35,183 bases of DNA from a virus (lineage: Duplodnaviria > Heunggongvirae > Uroviricota > Caudoviricetes), in the IMG/VR virus record IMGVR_UViG_3300031772_000005; one strand, 5' to 3'. Below are positions 28,011 to 35,183 of this stretch, one piece after another. Made by a program: the position numbers and the translations under genes. The notes below the pieces were generated by a model. It saw only the letters and a list, made by a program, of their open reading frames with translations, was not told the origin of the DNA and made no database searches. Within the stretch, counting starts at the first letter, position 1, and each line of letters opens with the position of its first letter.

Positions 28011-30218
28011 TTATTTAAGATTTTTAAATGCAGATCTGTTCATACTTTTACCATTCACCATTTTAGATGACTTACCTAAATTACGAAAAGGACTACTGTT
28101 TAATTTATATAAATTTTTTGACTTTTCCAAATTTTTACCTGCTTCATCCATGATTACTTTCTTTGTGAAACCTCTGTTAGCTTGTTGAATTCTCATAAAT
28201 GCTACTAATGCAGAAAAGGCCACTAACCTATCCACGTTTAATCCATCTACATATGCATGCATTTCTTTTAGTAACATAATATCCGGGATTCTTTCAATAC
28301 CATAAGTAGTTTTAACTATAGTACCATCTTCTTTAGTTACTGTATCTAGTTCTTCTTTAGTATATTCTATAACATAACTAAGTAAATGATGCTTAAATAA
28401 TACACCGGTATTTCTCCAACCATAGTCTTGAAATACACTTTTATTAGCACCAAGATCCTTAAGAAACATTATCTGATCTTTCTGTACAAGATATCTTTGT
28501 TTTTTTCTAGATATCATATAATTAATAAAGTGAGATATATTATTTTCTACTACAGTCCAGGCATTGTACCATTCTATTATTAATTCTAATCTTTCATGAG
28601 TTTGTTTAATATCATCAAATCTTCCGCACCATGCTGCTACTATTTTGTCTTGTTCTATATAGGTCTCAGTTTCAGTACCAGTAACCTTAGTTACTTCAAC
28701 TGGAGCTTTCATTATATATATGGAACACAGTGAGTCTGAGGTAGTTGTCTTACCTTCAGCTACAGGATCAATAGATGCATAATACTCTCCAAATCCCGGA
28801 GTACCTTGTGGCCTTTCGTATACTACTAATACTCCTGTTTTATCTTCAGTCTTTTTAGTCATTGGAAATTCTCTAATAGGTAGCTTATTACTATCTCTAA
28901 CTTTTACCTTACCTGTTTCATCTCTAGATATATCAAGATACTCATATCCATATTCTTTATCTTCTATTCTTCTTATTTGAGCTGTTACTAAATGAGATGG
29001 GAATTTAGATACTTTTCTATGTTTAAATGCTTCCGCAATATTTCTTGGATGCTGGGATATCTCTAATTGATAATCTTCAGGATCCATAGTTCTTTTAATC
29101 TCTTCAAAATACTCATCTAAAGCTTTTAAAGATTCTTCTACTAAAGAGTTACCATAAGGATCTATGTAAGGAGGCATGGACCATTGTTCAGGTATAAATA
29201 ATCCTGACATACCTATAGTACCTTCTTCATCAATAAGATTACTTTCTACAGCATAAATTTCATTAGCTCCTGGATCCAGAATCATTTTCATAAGTGGTTC
29301 ACATTGATCTAAATCACCTACAGAACCTGCTGCAATAAATAATCCTGTAGTAATCATACCTGATTTTAGTGCAGGTTTAATATAACCATATGTAACATTC
29401 ATCTTTGGAGCAATACCAGCTTCCTCATGAAAAAAGAATTTAACCGGTCCCCCTACTCCATTTGTAGGACTTTTTTCAAAAGACATACCTTGTATAGTTC
29501 CTTTTAAACCTACTTCAGCTTTTCTATCTCCTTTTCTTACTTCAATCTTTTGTTGCCACATCATTACTTTATCAGGAGACATTGGTCTATACCAAGCAGT
29601 ATGTTCATTAAGAAAAGCTGCATATTCAGATAGAAACTTCCAAGTACCTTTCTCATTTATATAATCTTTTAGATTGGCCCCCATTTTAAGTGTGACACCG
29701 GCCTCAAACCATAACTGATTTATAAGCTTACCTGCGTGAAAATATGAAGAGGCTATCTGTCTTTTCTTTAGAATAGCAACATGCTTATAAAATAACTCAG
29801 CTAGTATTTCATATAAAGCCATATGATATTGTGCATCTCTTATCTGGGCAAAGTCAAACTTCTGTTGTTCTTTATCAAAGATAGGTAAGAAGTTTAACCA
29901 CATATAATAGTCTCTAGAAAGATACCATACTTTATCTTTAGATTTGACTAAGACACCTAATCTACATTTAGTTTTTTGATCTTCCCAGTATGTTACAAAA
30001 TCTTTAGATTTAAAAGGAGCTAAGCAATATACTTTATCATTTCTAAATTTAGTTGACTCAATAATAAATACTTCATTACTTACCTCATCAAATTCATATT
30101 CACCGGGTGTTTTAAATAGAGTTAGTACATAATCTCTCCAAGCATCTCTTGATTCAAATGATGTAGTTGTCCAAGTACCATTATCCCATGTGGGTATATC
30201 CGTATATATATTTTCCAT
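28011..30218 (-). CDS. terL: Terminase large subunit, 735 aa
   Basis: Walker A-like KKRQIASSY, Walker B FFHEEAG, RNase H-like nuclease motif YASIDPV and C-terminal DRLVA. Confidence 0.93.
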   Translation of the reverse strand: MENIYTDIPTWDNGTWTTTSFESRDAWRDYVLTLFKTPGEYEFDEVSNEVFIIESTKFRNDKVYCLAPFKSKDFVTYWEDQKTKCRLGVLVKSKDKVWYLSRDYYMWLNFLPIFDKEQQKFDFAQIRDAQYHMALYEILAELFYKHVAILKKRQIASSYFHAGKLINQLWFEAGVTLKMGANLKDYINEKGTWKFLSEYAAFLNEHTAWYRPMSPDKVMMWQQKIEVRKGDRKAEVGLKGTIQGMSFEKSPTNGVGGPVKFFFHEEAGIAPKMNVTYGYIKPALKSGMITTGLFIAAGSVGDLDQCEPLMKMILDPGANEIYAVESNLIDEEGTIGMSGLFIPEQWSMPPYIDPYGNSLVEESLKALDEYFEEIKRTMDPEDYQLEISQHPRNIAEAFKHRKVSKFPSHLVTAQIRRIEDKEYGYEYLDISRDETGKVKVRDSNKLPIREFPMTKKTEDKTGVLVVYERPQGTPGFGEYYASIDPVAEGKTTTSDSLCSIYIMKAPVEVTKVTGTETETYIEQDKIVAAWCGRFDDIKQTHERLELIIEWYNAWTVVENNISHFINYMISRKKQRYLVQKDQIMFLKDLGANKSVFQDYGWRNTGVLFKHHLLSYVIEYTKEELDTVTKEDGTIVKTTYGIERIPDIMLLKEMHAYVDGLNVDRLVAFSALVAFMRIQQANRGFTKKVIMDEAGKNLEKSKNLYKLNSSPFRNLGKSSKMVNGKSMNRSAFKNLK

Positions 30219-30220
30219 AA

Positions 30221-30736
30221 TTAAGAATCATATGCTAAACCTTGACCACCTCTAACTGTACTCTTCTGTTCTTCTTGAAGATCTTTATAAGCTCCTTTAA
30301 AGGACCCTCTAATAGCTTCATATTTAGCAGCCGCATTAACTAATGCTGTAATATTACCATCCCGGCCATCTGTAATAGATGTAGTTTCCATATATCTACC
30401 TAATCTATCTAACATAGATGCTATACCATTATATGCTCTGGATGTAGGAGTCTCATACATTCTTTCACAAAACTTTAAAGCAATAAATATAGAATCATCT
30501 TCAGTAGAAAAATTTCCTTCAATTTGTTTTAATATAAGATCTTCTTTATCTAATACTGGTGTATAAAAAAAAGGATTCAGATCAGGATTAGGACAAGTCA
30601 TATAGAATAAGTACTGATAAATTTTTAAATAATTATCCGGATACTCTTCCATAATATCTTTTAAAGCCTTTAATGAATAACAATGTTCTGTAGGTATCAG
30701 TACATTATTTTGTATATCAAATAGTTTGATTAACAT
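30221..30736 (-). CDS. Possible terminase small subunit, 171 aa
   Basis: Immediately upstream of terL; helical with C-terminal coiled coil. Positional inference only. Confidence 0.45.
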   Translation of the reverse strand: MLIKLFDIQNNVLIPTEHCYSLKALKDIMEEYPDNYLKIYQYLFYMTCPNPDLNPFFYTPVLDKEDLILKQIEGNFSTEDDSIFIALKFCERMYETPTSRAYNGIASMLDRLGRYMETTSITDGRDGNITALVNAAAKYEAIRGSFKGAYKDLQEEQKSTVRGGQGLAYDS

Positions 30737-30739
30737 AGT

Positions 30740-30976
30740 TTATGGATTTATTAGCGCATCAATAGCCGCATATGTTTCATTTACTGTTATAGGTCCTGTT
30801 CCTACCATCATTAATGTTGTATAAGCAGGTATTAGTACACCGTCAAATTGAACATATGTAAAATAAGCTACTACATTATTTAATTCAATTGTTGCAGGTG
30901 ATAATATGTAACTAACACCAAGAGATCCAATGTTTATTGTTACAGTATCTGTATCTAATTTATTTATATAAGGCAT
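30740..30976 (-). CDS. Small beta-rich hypothetical protein, 78 aa
   Basis: Fills the operon with 2-3 nt spacing; apparent paralog of its neighbour. Confidence 0.65.
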   Translation of the reverse strand: MPYINKLDTDTVTINIGSLGVSYILSPATIELNNVVAYFTYVQFDGVLIPAYTTLMMVGTGPITVNETYAAIDALINP

Positions 30977-30978
30977 AA

Positions 30979-31242
30979 TTATTTTTCTTTATTTGAGTTA
31001 TCATCTATATATTTTTTGTAGATATAATTAAATTCACCATATGATATGTCAATACAGTAAGTATCTCCGTATTCTGTATAGATTACAGTATATTCTTCAG
31101 GAATACTATCATCATCAAGTGATTGTCTATATGCAGTAACCATGCTTATATCAAAAGAAAAAGGCATAAGTACAATTGAATCTTGTCCGGTTAATTCTCT
31201 TACTTTTAAATTTGTCATTATAATTTTACAATCTACTATCAT
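30979..31242 (-). CDS. Small acidic beta-rich hypothetical protein, 87 aa
   Basis: ATGA overlap with the upstream gene; apparent paralog of its neighbour. Confidence 0.65.
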   Translation of the reverse strand: MIVDCKIIMTNLKVRELTGQDSIVLMPFSFDISMVTAYRQSLDDDSIPEEYTVIYTEYGDTYCIDISYGEFNYIYKKYIDDNSNKEK

Positions 31243-31535
31243 ACAAAAGGATTTACAGGTTTTGGTTTAGACTTTATATTAAATAATTTTTTAAAACCAT
31301 CAATAAATCCAGTTGTTATATAGGGGTTAAAAAATAAATTTTCATTATTAACTACAACATAACCTTTTAAATATTCTTGTTCACTTTCTGAATAGTTTCT
31401 GGTTAGTTTTTTATTTGGTTTAATCTTTACAAGTATCTTATCTTTATATCTAAATAATACTAAGCCTGAATAACCTAATATAATTGTTCTTCCTGGATAA
31501 TTCTTGTCATAATGCCTTACTTGATATAACTTCAT
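31239..31535 (-). CDS. Basic hypothetical protein, 98 aa
   Basis: Operon-filling ORF with tight junctions. Confidence 0.65.
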   Translation of the reverse strand: MKLYQVRHYDKNYPGRTIILGYSGLVLFRYKDKILVKIKPNKKLTRNYSESEQEYLKGYVVVNNENLFFNPYITTGFIDGFKKLFNIKSKPKPVNPFV

Positions 31536-31537
31536 AA

Positions 31538-32371
31538 TTATTTCTTTTTAAGTTTATGTTTGTTATCATGTAACCAGTTAACTATACTAATTACTTCATC
31601 TTTTAGATATGGTACTTCAATTGGAATAACTTCTTTTACAATAGGATTATTATCTTGATCATACTTAGTAATAGGATATCCCCATTTATCTATATCATCA
31701 TTTTCAAATGTTATGTGATGTAAATACATCTTGCCTACTTGTAACTTAGGATTATGTTTTAATATAATGTACATGTATATACTTAATTGTAAAGCATAGT
31801 GTACAAAACTACAATCATCTAAATGTGCTATTGGAAATAACATTTTTTTAGATACACCTTCCCAGTTTTTATAAGATTCAGTTTTGATTTCTTTGTTAGT
31901 TTTATAATCTATTATATCTACGTGACCATTTACTATTTCTACTAAATCTGATTGTCCACATATACCGGCTGATTTTAAATATACCATATGCTCAGGATAT
32001 ATACCATCTGTAATCTTTTGATTCGGTGCATATTTAATACCATCTGTTTCAACAGGCGTATATACTGGAAGCGGTATACCTTCTCTTTCTATAGATGCTA
32101 AACTACATAAGTCAGTTTCCCGTTGATTATGGTAAAATGTACCTAAACCACTTGCTCTATCAGATTCAGATTTCCATATTGCCCGTATAGATTCAGGAGT
32201 TAATCCAAACCATTTAGAACTTTTTTGTTTAGAACATTTAAGTGCAACTGCTTCTGCATCAAAAGGTTCTTTAAATTGAGATATTAATGTAGTAACACTT
32301 GTCCAATTTATAGGATTATCATGATCAAGACTAGTATAACTGTGATCTTCTGCTTTAAAATATATACTCAT
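31538..32371 (-). CDS. PD-(D/E)XK (RecB/Cas4-like) nuclease, 277 aa
   Basis: 'ICGQSDLV....IIDYKT' catalytic motifs and 'YALQLSIY' QxxxY motif; no Fe-S Cys set. Confidence 0.85.
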   Translation of the reverse strand: MSIYFKAEDHSYTSLDHDNPINWTSVTTLISQFKEPFDAEAVALKCSKQKSSKWFGLTPESIRAIWKSESDRASGLGTFYHNQRETDLCSLASIEREGIPLPVYTPVETDGIKYAPNQKITDGIYPEHMVYLKSAGICGQSDLVEIVNGHVDIIDYKTNKEIKTESYKNWEGVSKKMLFPIAHLDDCSFVHYALQLSIYMYIILKHNPKLQVGKMYLHHITFENDDIDKWGYPITKYDQDNNPIVKEVIPIEVPYLKDEVISIVNWLHDNKHKLKKK

Positions 32372-32401
32372 TTTCTTTTAAATTAGTTATTATTTTAATG
32401 G

Positions 32402-32713
32402 TTATAAATTATTTAATTTAGTCTCATCTTTTTCTGTTATCAATGCTTTCCATTTATGTGCAGGACAGTCTGAAGATAGAGCTCTTACTTTAAACTTAAG
32501 TGAACATCCACATAGTGAACAACAAGGTTGAGTACCTGGCATTACACATTTACTACCTTCTATATCTTTTTTAGGACAAGCATGACAAACTATTAGTCTT
32601 TGTTCTGCAATTGTTTCTACAAATTCATCACGAATAATACTATTTGTAACTCCTTCAAGAATTTGTTTTCTATTCTTCCAGATTGTTGTTAATTTTCCTT
32701 GCATTTTTTTCAA
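32402..32713 (-). CDS. Small Cys-rich, probably Zn-binding protein (~100 aa; start 32713 or 32704)
   Basis: CHAC...C...CCSLCGC...CPAHKW pattern. Confidence 0.7.
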   Translation of the reverse strand: MKKMQGKLTTIWKNRKQILEGVTNSIIRDEFVETIAEQRLIVCHACPKKDIEGSKCVMPGTQPCCSLCGCSLKFKVRALSSDCPAHKWKALITEKDETKLNNL

Positions 32714-33059
32714 TTAAAAAGGTTTCTTTTTTCAGTCTATTTTCATCTAACTTAACTTTAATATTATAAAGGTCTTTTAATCTTGATGTTAACCTGACTT
32801 TATTATGATAATTTTTATAGGAGTATGTATTAAGTTTTGCAATTATTCTTTCATACTTTAATATTAAATTATCTACAGTTCGTGGTTTAACTACAAACTG
32901 ACCTAACCCATCAATATTTATTTTAGTATGATTCATTGATGTTAGTTCTTGTCTAACTTCTTTATAAAAGAAAGTTATAATACTATCTACTAATAACTCA
33001 TTTAAATCATTATCTTCAACTAATTGCTTTATAATTTGTTTAGGTTTTTTTGGAATCAT
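32670..33059 (-). CDS. HU/IHF-like DNA-binding protein, 129 aa
   Basis: Two N-terminal helices then 'KINIDGLGQFVVKPR', the HU/IHF signature strand. Confidence 0.75.
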   Translation of the reverse strand: MIPKKPKQIIKQLVEDNDLNELLVDSIITFFYKEVRQELTSMNHTKINIDGLGQFVVKPRTVDNLILKYERIIAKLNTYSYKNYHNKVRLTSRLKDLYNIKVKLDENRLKKETFLIEKNARKINNNLEE

Positions 33060-33418
33060 TTACCTAAAAATTTATAATCTAATAATATATCTCCTGTTGT
33101 TTGTATTTTTAATTCTGGATTAATCATAATAAGTTTTTTATTATCCTTATCCTTTACAACTAAGTTATTTTTTTCAGATTTATTAATAGCATTTCTCACT
33201 GTTTGAGCAGATTTAAAAATTGGATCTTCTTCTGAAGATGCATCATAACAAAAATGTGTTAATTCAATAGAACCTGTTATACTCAACAAGGTTAAACATT
33301 TAAGATCAGATTCACTCATTGTTATATTATTTAAGTAACAATGAGTGATTATCTGAAATTTAATTATTTCTTGCTTAGTCATAACAGCACGTTTTTGTAC
33401 TTGGTTAACTAATGCCAT
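33056..33418 (-). CDS. Putative winged-helix DNA-binding protein, 120 aa
   Basis: 'SESDLKCLTLL...SAQTVRNAINKSEKNNLVVK' resembles a MarR-type wHTH with recognition helix and wing. Confidence 0.5.
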   Translation of the reverse strand: MALVNQVQKRAVMTKQEIIKFQIITHCYLNNITMSESDLKCLTLLSITGSIELTHFCYDASSEEDPIFKSAQTVRNAINKSEKNNLVVKDKDNKKLIMINPELKIQTTGDILLDYKFLGK

Positions 33419-33422
33419 TTTA

Positions 33423-33716
33423 TTATGATTTTTTTAATGTTCTTTTAGGCTCTTCAGTTTCCTTTTCTTCCTCTTCCATTTTATACTTTTCCATGCCAGC
33501 TGCATGTTCATGTTCTTGCTGACTCATTCTAGCATACTGCATTTGAATTTGAGTTCTTTTAAATCTAGCTTCATCAATACTAGCAAGTAAAGTCTCATAT
33601 TTTTCTTGTGCTTCTAAGTAAGGTAAAGATTCTGTATAGAACTTTAGCATCTCTTCTTTCTTAGCTGTTAACTCTTCTAGAGTTAATTCTTCTTCTACTT
33701 CATGTTGGTTTTCCAT
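33423..33716 (-). CDS. Acidic coiled-coil hypothetical protein, 97 aa
   Basis: First ORF after the sigma promoter; E-rich helical. Confidence 0.7.
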   Translation of the reverse strand: MENQHEVEEELTLEELTAKKEEMLKFYTESLPYLEAQEKYETLLASIDEARFKRTQIQMQYARMSQQEHEHAAGMEKYKMEEEEKETEEPKRTLKKS

Positions 33717-33738
33717 TGTTATACTTTTAAAGTTTAAA

Positions 33739-33769
33739 CAAATATATACATTTAAGTTTAAACTTCAAA
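33739..33769 (-). promoter_or_regulatory. Bacteroidota primary-sigma promoter (-33 TTTG, -7 TATATTTG)
   Basis: Minus strand TTTG-aagtttaaacttaaatgta(19 nt)-TATATTTG exactly fits the TTTG-N19-21-TAnnTTTG consensus; it sits just after a terminator and 22 nt before an ATG. Confidence 0.8.
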
Positions 33770-33780
33770 TATTTAAATGC

Positions 33781-33811
33781 AAAAAACCCAGATACTTATG
33801 ATACCTGGGTT
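33781..33811 (-). terminator. Intrinsic terminator after the lysis genes
   Basis: AACCCAGGTA-TCATAAG-TATCTGGGTT (10 bp, one G-U) plus U tract. Confidence 0.8.
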
Positions 33812-33830
33812 AATGTAATACTTTATAATA

Positions 33831-34046
33831 TTAATGATTTGGTCTATGGCAATTAAATTGATTTTTTTTGCATTTATTATTTTTTTTACCTTTTCTTGTT
33901 TCGTTACCACCAATACTTAACATAGCTTCTGGTACTCTAGATGCATTACTTGTTATCATATTTGTAGTTGCTTTGTTACCCGATGCAAAATCAAATGTAT
34001 TTATTCCTCCTACAGCATACGTGTGAAGTCCTTTAAAATTTTTCAT
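33831..34046 (-). CDS. Small basic hypothetical protein, 71 aa
   Basis: Starts 2 nt after the upstream stop and ends before the terminator; contains YAVGG and LSIGG. Confidence 0.55.
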   Translation of the reverse strand: MKNFKGLHTYAVGGINTFDFASGNKATTNMITSNASRVPEAMLSIGGNETRKGKKNNKCKKNQFNCHRPNH

Positions 34047-34048
34047 AA

Positions 34049-34207
34049 TTATCTATTTTTAATTGTGAAATTTAATATTGTTATCATGTAGAATTCTCTA
34101 GATATATCTATTTCTAAAGTAAATACATCTATAGCACCTAATCTACATCTAATGGCAAACTTATCCCATTGTTTATTTCTTGCTTTCCAAGAGTTTCTTA
34201 TTTTCAT
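34049..34207 (-). CDS. Small hypothetical protein, 52 aa (MKIRNSWKARNKQWDKFAIRCRLGAIDVFTLEIDISREFYMITILNFTIKNR)
   Basis: Below the ORF-track cutoff; TAATG overlap with the endolysin stop; exactly fills the gap. Confidence 0.65.
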   Translation of the reverse strand: MKIRNSWKARNKQWDKFAIRCRLGAIDVFTLEIDISREFYMITILNFTIKNR

Positions 34208-34725
34208 TACGCTTCGTTTTTACTGATTACCCCTTTAGCATCTAAATGAACCTTACGGACATTTGCTGGTTGAGCAACTTTCCATGCTGTTCTTCTTGCT
34301 TGATATAATCTTGATTTAACAATTCTAGTTACTGATACTGCATTTCCTTGATTTCCACCAAGTACATGATAACAATCTTTATCTTCTCCTACATAGATTC
34401 CAACGTGACCGCCACCATCTCTTTTGAAGGTAAGTATATCACCTAACATAGGTTCAGTAACTTTAGTTCCCCATTTTGCCCAAGACAAAGCCCATAAAGG
34501 TTTGTCTATTACTTCTAATCCTGCTTTATGACAAGCATACGCAATAAATAATCCACACCAAGGAATCTCATCTGCTGTATAAATCTTTTGTAAGTCAAGG
34601 TCTTTAGCCCAAGCCATAATAACTGGATTATGAACTTTTCCTACAACCTCTTTCACCCCTATAAGCTTAACTGCTTGAACAAGAATCTTTGGTGATTTTT
34701 CTGTATTTAAAAAACTATAACTCAT
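34207..34725 (-). CDS. Endolysin, NlpC/P60-like peptidase (TIGR02594-type), 172 aa
   Basis: Catalytic Cys in IPWCGLF, His in GGGHVG, and LGGNQ motif; adjacent to a holin. Confidence 0.85.
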   Translation of the reverse strand: MSYSFLNTEKSPKILVQAVKLIGVKEVVGKVHNPVIMAWAKDLDLQKIYTADEIPWCGLFIAYACHKAGLEVIDKPLWALSWAKWGTKVTEPMLGDILTFKRDGGGHVGIYVGEDKDCYHVLGGNQGNAVSVTRIVKSRLYQARRTAWKVAQPANVRKVHLDAKGVISKNEA

Positions 34726-35155
34726 TTAGGTTCTTTTTTATGTTCTTAGCTTTCATTACTAAATCAATAATCTTCTTAAGAAAAGAATATCCTTTTACAG
34801 CAGTAAAATTTTCATCTATACTTTTTACTTCAATAGAAAGAAGTACAAGCGCAATTACTTTTGTAAATAAGAAGTCTATGCTTATTACAGAATGTGTAAT
34901 AACATTTATCAAAAGAAAGTCCGCAGCATATACTAACATTATAGCAACTACATAAGAAATCATTTTAGGGATTAAGCCATGTCTAAATATTTTAGATGAA
35001 ACACCTTCTCCTGTCTTGTATGCTCTCCAAACACCAAAACCTGTATCTATTAAGATTGATAATATAACAAGTATTATAATTCCATTAATAGGCGCAAAAA
35101 ATAAAAGTAGTGTTTTCAAAATAGTCATTATGTTTGTAGAGATAATAGTTTTCAT
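34715..35155 (-). CDS. Holin (Bacteroidota phage type), 146 aa
   Basis: Three hydrophobic helices, 'ILIDTGFGVWRA' and 'EVKSIDEN' motifs, basic C-terminus; overlaps the endolysin start. Confidence 0.8.
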   Translation of the reverse strand: MKTIISTNIMTILKTLLLFFAPINGIIILVILSILIDTGFGVWRAYKTGEGVSSKIFRHGLIPKMISYVVAIMLVYAADFLLINVITHSVISIDFLFTKVIALVLLSIEVKSIDENFTAVKGYSFLKKIIDLVMKAKNIKKNLNEL

Positions 35156-35183
35156 TTTAAAATAGTTTAGACTTAGCTACCTT

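Larger units (their letters stand above)
1..35183 (-). mobile_element. crAss-like (Crassvirales) phage virion morphogenesis and lysis module
   Basis: Co-oriented TerL-portal-scaffold-MCP block followed by ring, IHF-like, muzzle and cargo genes in crAss-like order; tight TAATG/ATGA gene overlaps; no host housekeeping genes or integration features in the window. Confidence 0.9.

Noticed and set aside
22273-30218. Inteins or self-splicing introns in terL, portal or MCP
   Set aside because: ORFs are uninterrupted and of normal size, with no intein terminal motifs or homing endonuclease signatures seen.
31538-32371. Cas4-like nuclease as evidence of a CRISPR system
   Set aside because: No repeat-spacer array or other cas genes; stand-alone PD-(D/E)XK nucleases are common in these phages.
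5601-34955. All plus-strand ORFs in the track (5601, 9528, 9960, 13543, 16992, 19412, 21787, 23709, 23928, 24978, 25423, 27955, 34689)
   Set aside because: Short, antisense to well-supported genes, with compositions typical of reverse-frame translation and no recognisable motifs.
35126-35155. Holin dual-start motif (Met1-Lys2...Met10)
   Set aside because: Spacing is longer than the lambda S paradigm, and there is too little upstream sequence to evaluate.
1-35183. Stop-codon reassignment, known in some crAss-like phages
   Set aside because: Standard code gives near-complete coding density; TAG (20165, 32670) and TGA (10585, 31239, 33056) end genes at sensible junctions.
1-35183. tRNA or rRNA genes
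   Set aside because: Intergenic gaps are at most ~150 bp, very AT-rich, and show no cloverleaf or T-loop motifs.

Overview
35 kb AT-rich (~30% GC) segment of a tailed dsDNA phage genome. All credible genes are on the minus strand and read cleanly in the standard code. In transcription order (right to left): holin and NlpC/P60-type endolysin; small DNA-binding and nuclease genes; terminase, portal, probable scaffold and major capsid protein; three very basic K/A-rich proteins; a ring protein, a Dps-like protein and a probable auxiliary capsid protein; a strikingly Cys-rich fibre/hub cluster; IHF-like protein, two ring proteins and a 1750-aa muzzle/tail-stabilisation protein; then putative ejected cargo proteins running off the left edge. 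Gene content and order match the virion module of crAss-like phages (Crassvirales). A perfect TTTG-N19-TAnnTTTG promoter points to a Bacteroidota host. The ORF track misses three credible genes (<1..971, 15810..15989, 34049..34207). Most notable observations: (1) a recurrent [MYFAK]-[AKQ]-x-G-G peptide tag concentrated in five unrelated putative internal proteins, a candidate packaging/processing signal; (2) an unusually Cys-rich set of virion proteins with novel-looking repeats; (3) candidate late-promoter, operator and RNA-switch elements in the intergenic gaps. All functional calls are from motif recognition and synteny, not database searches.
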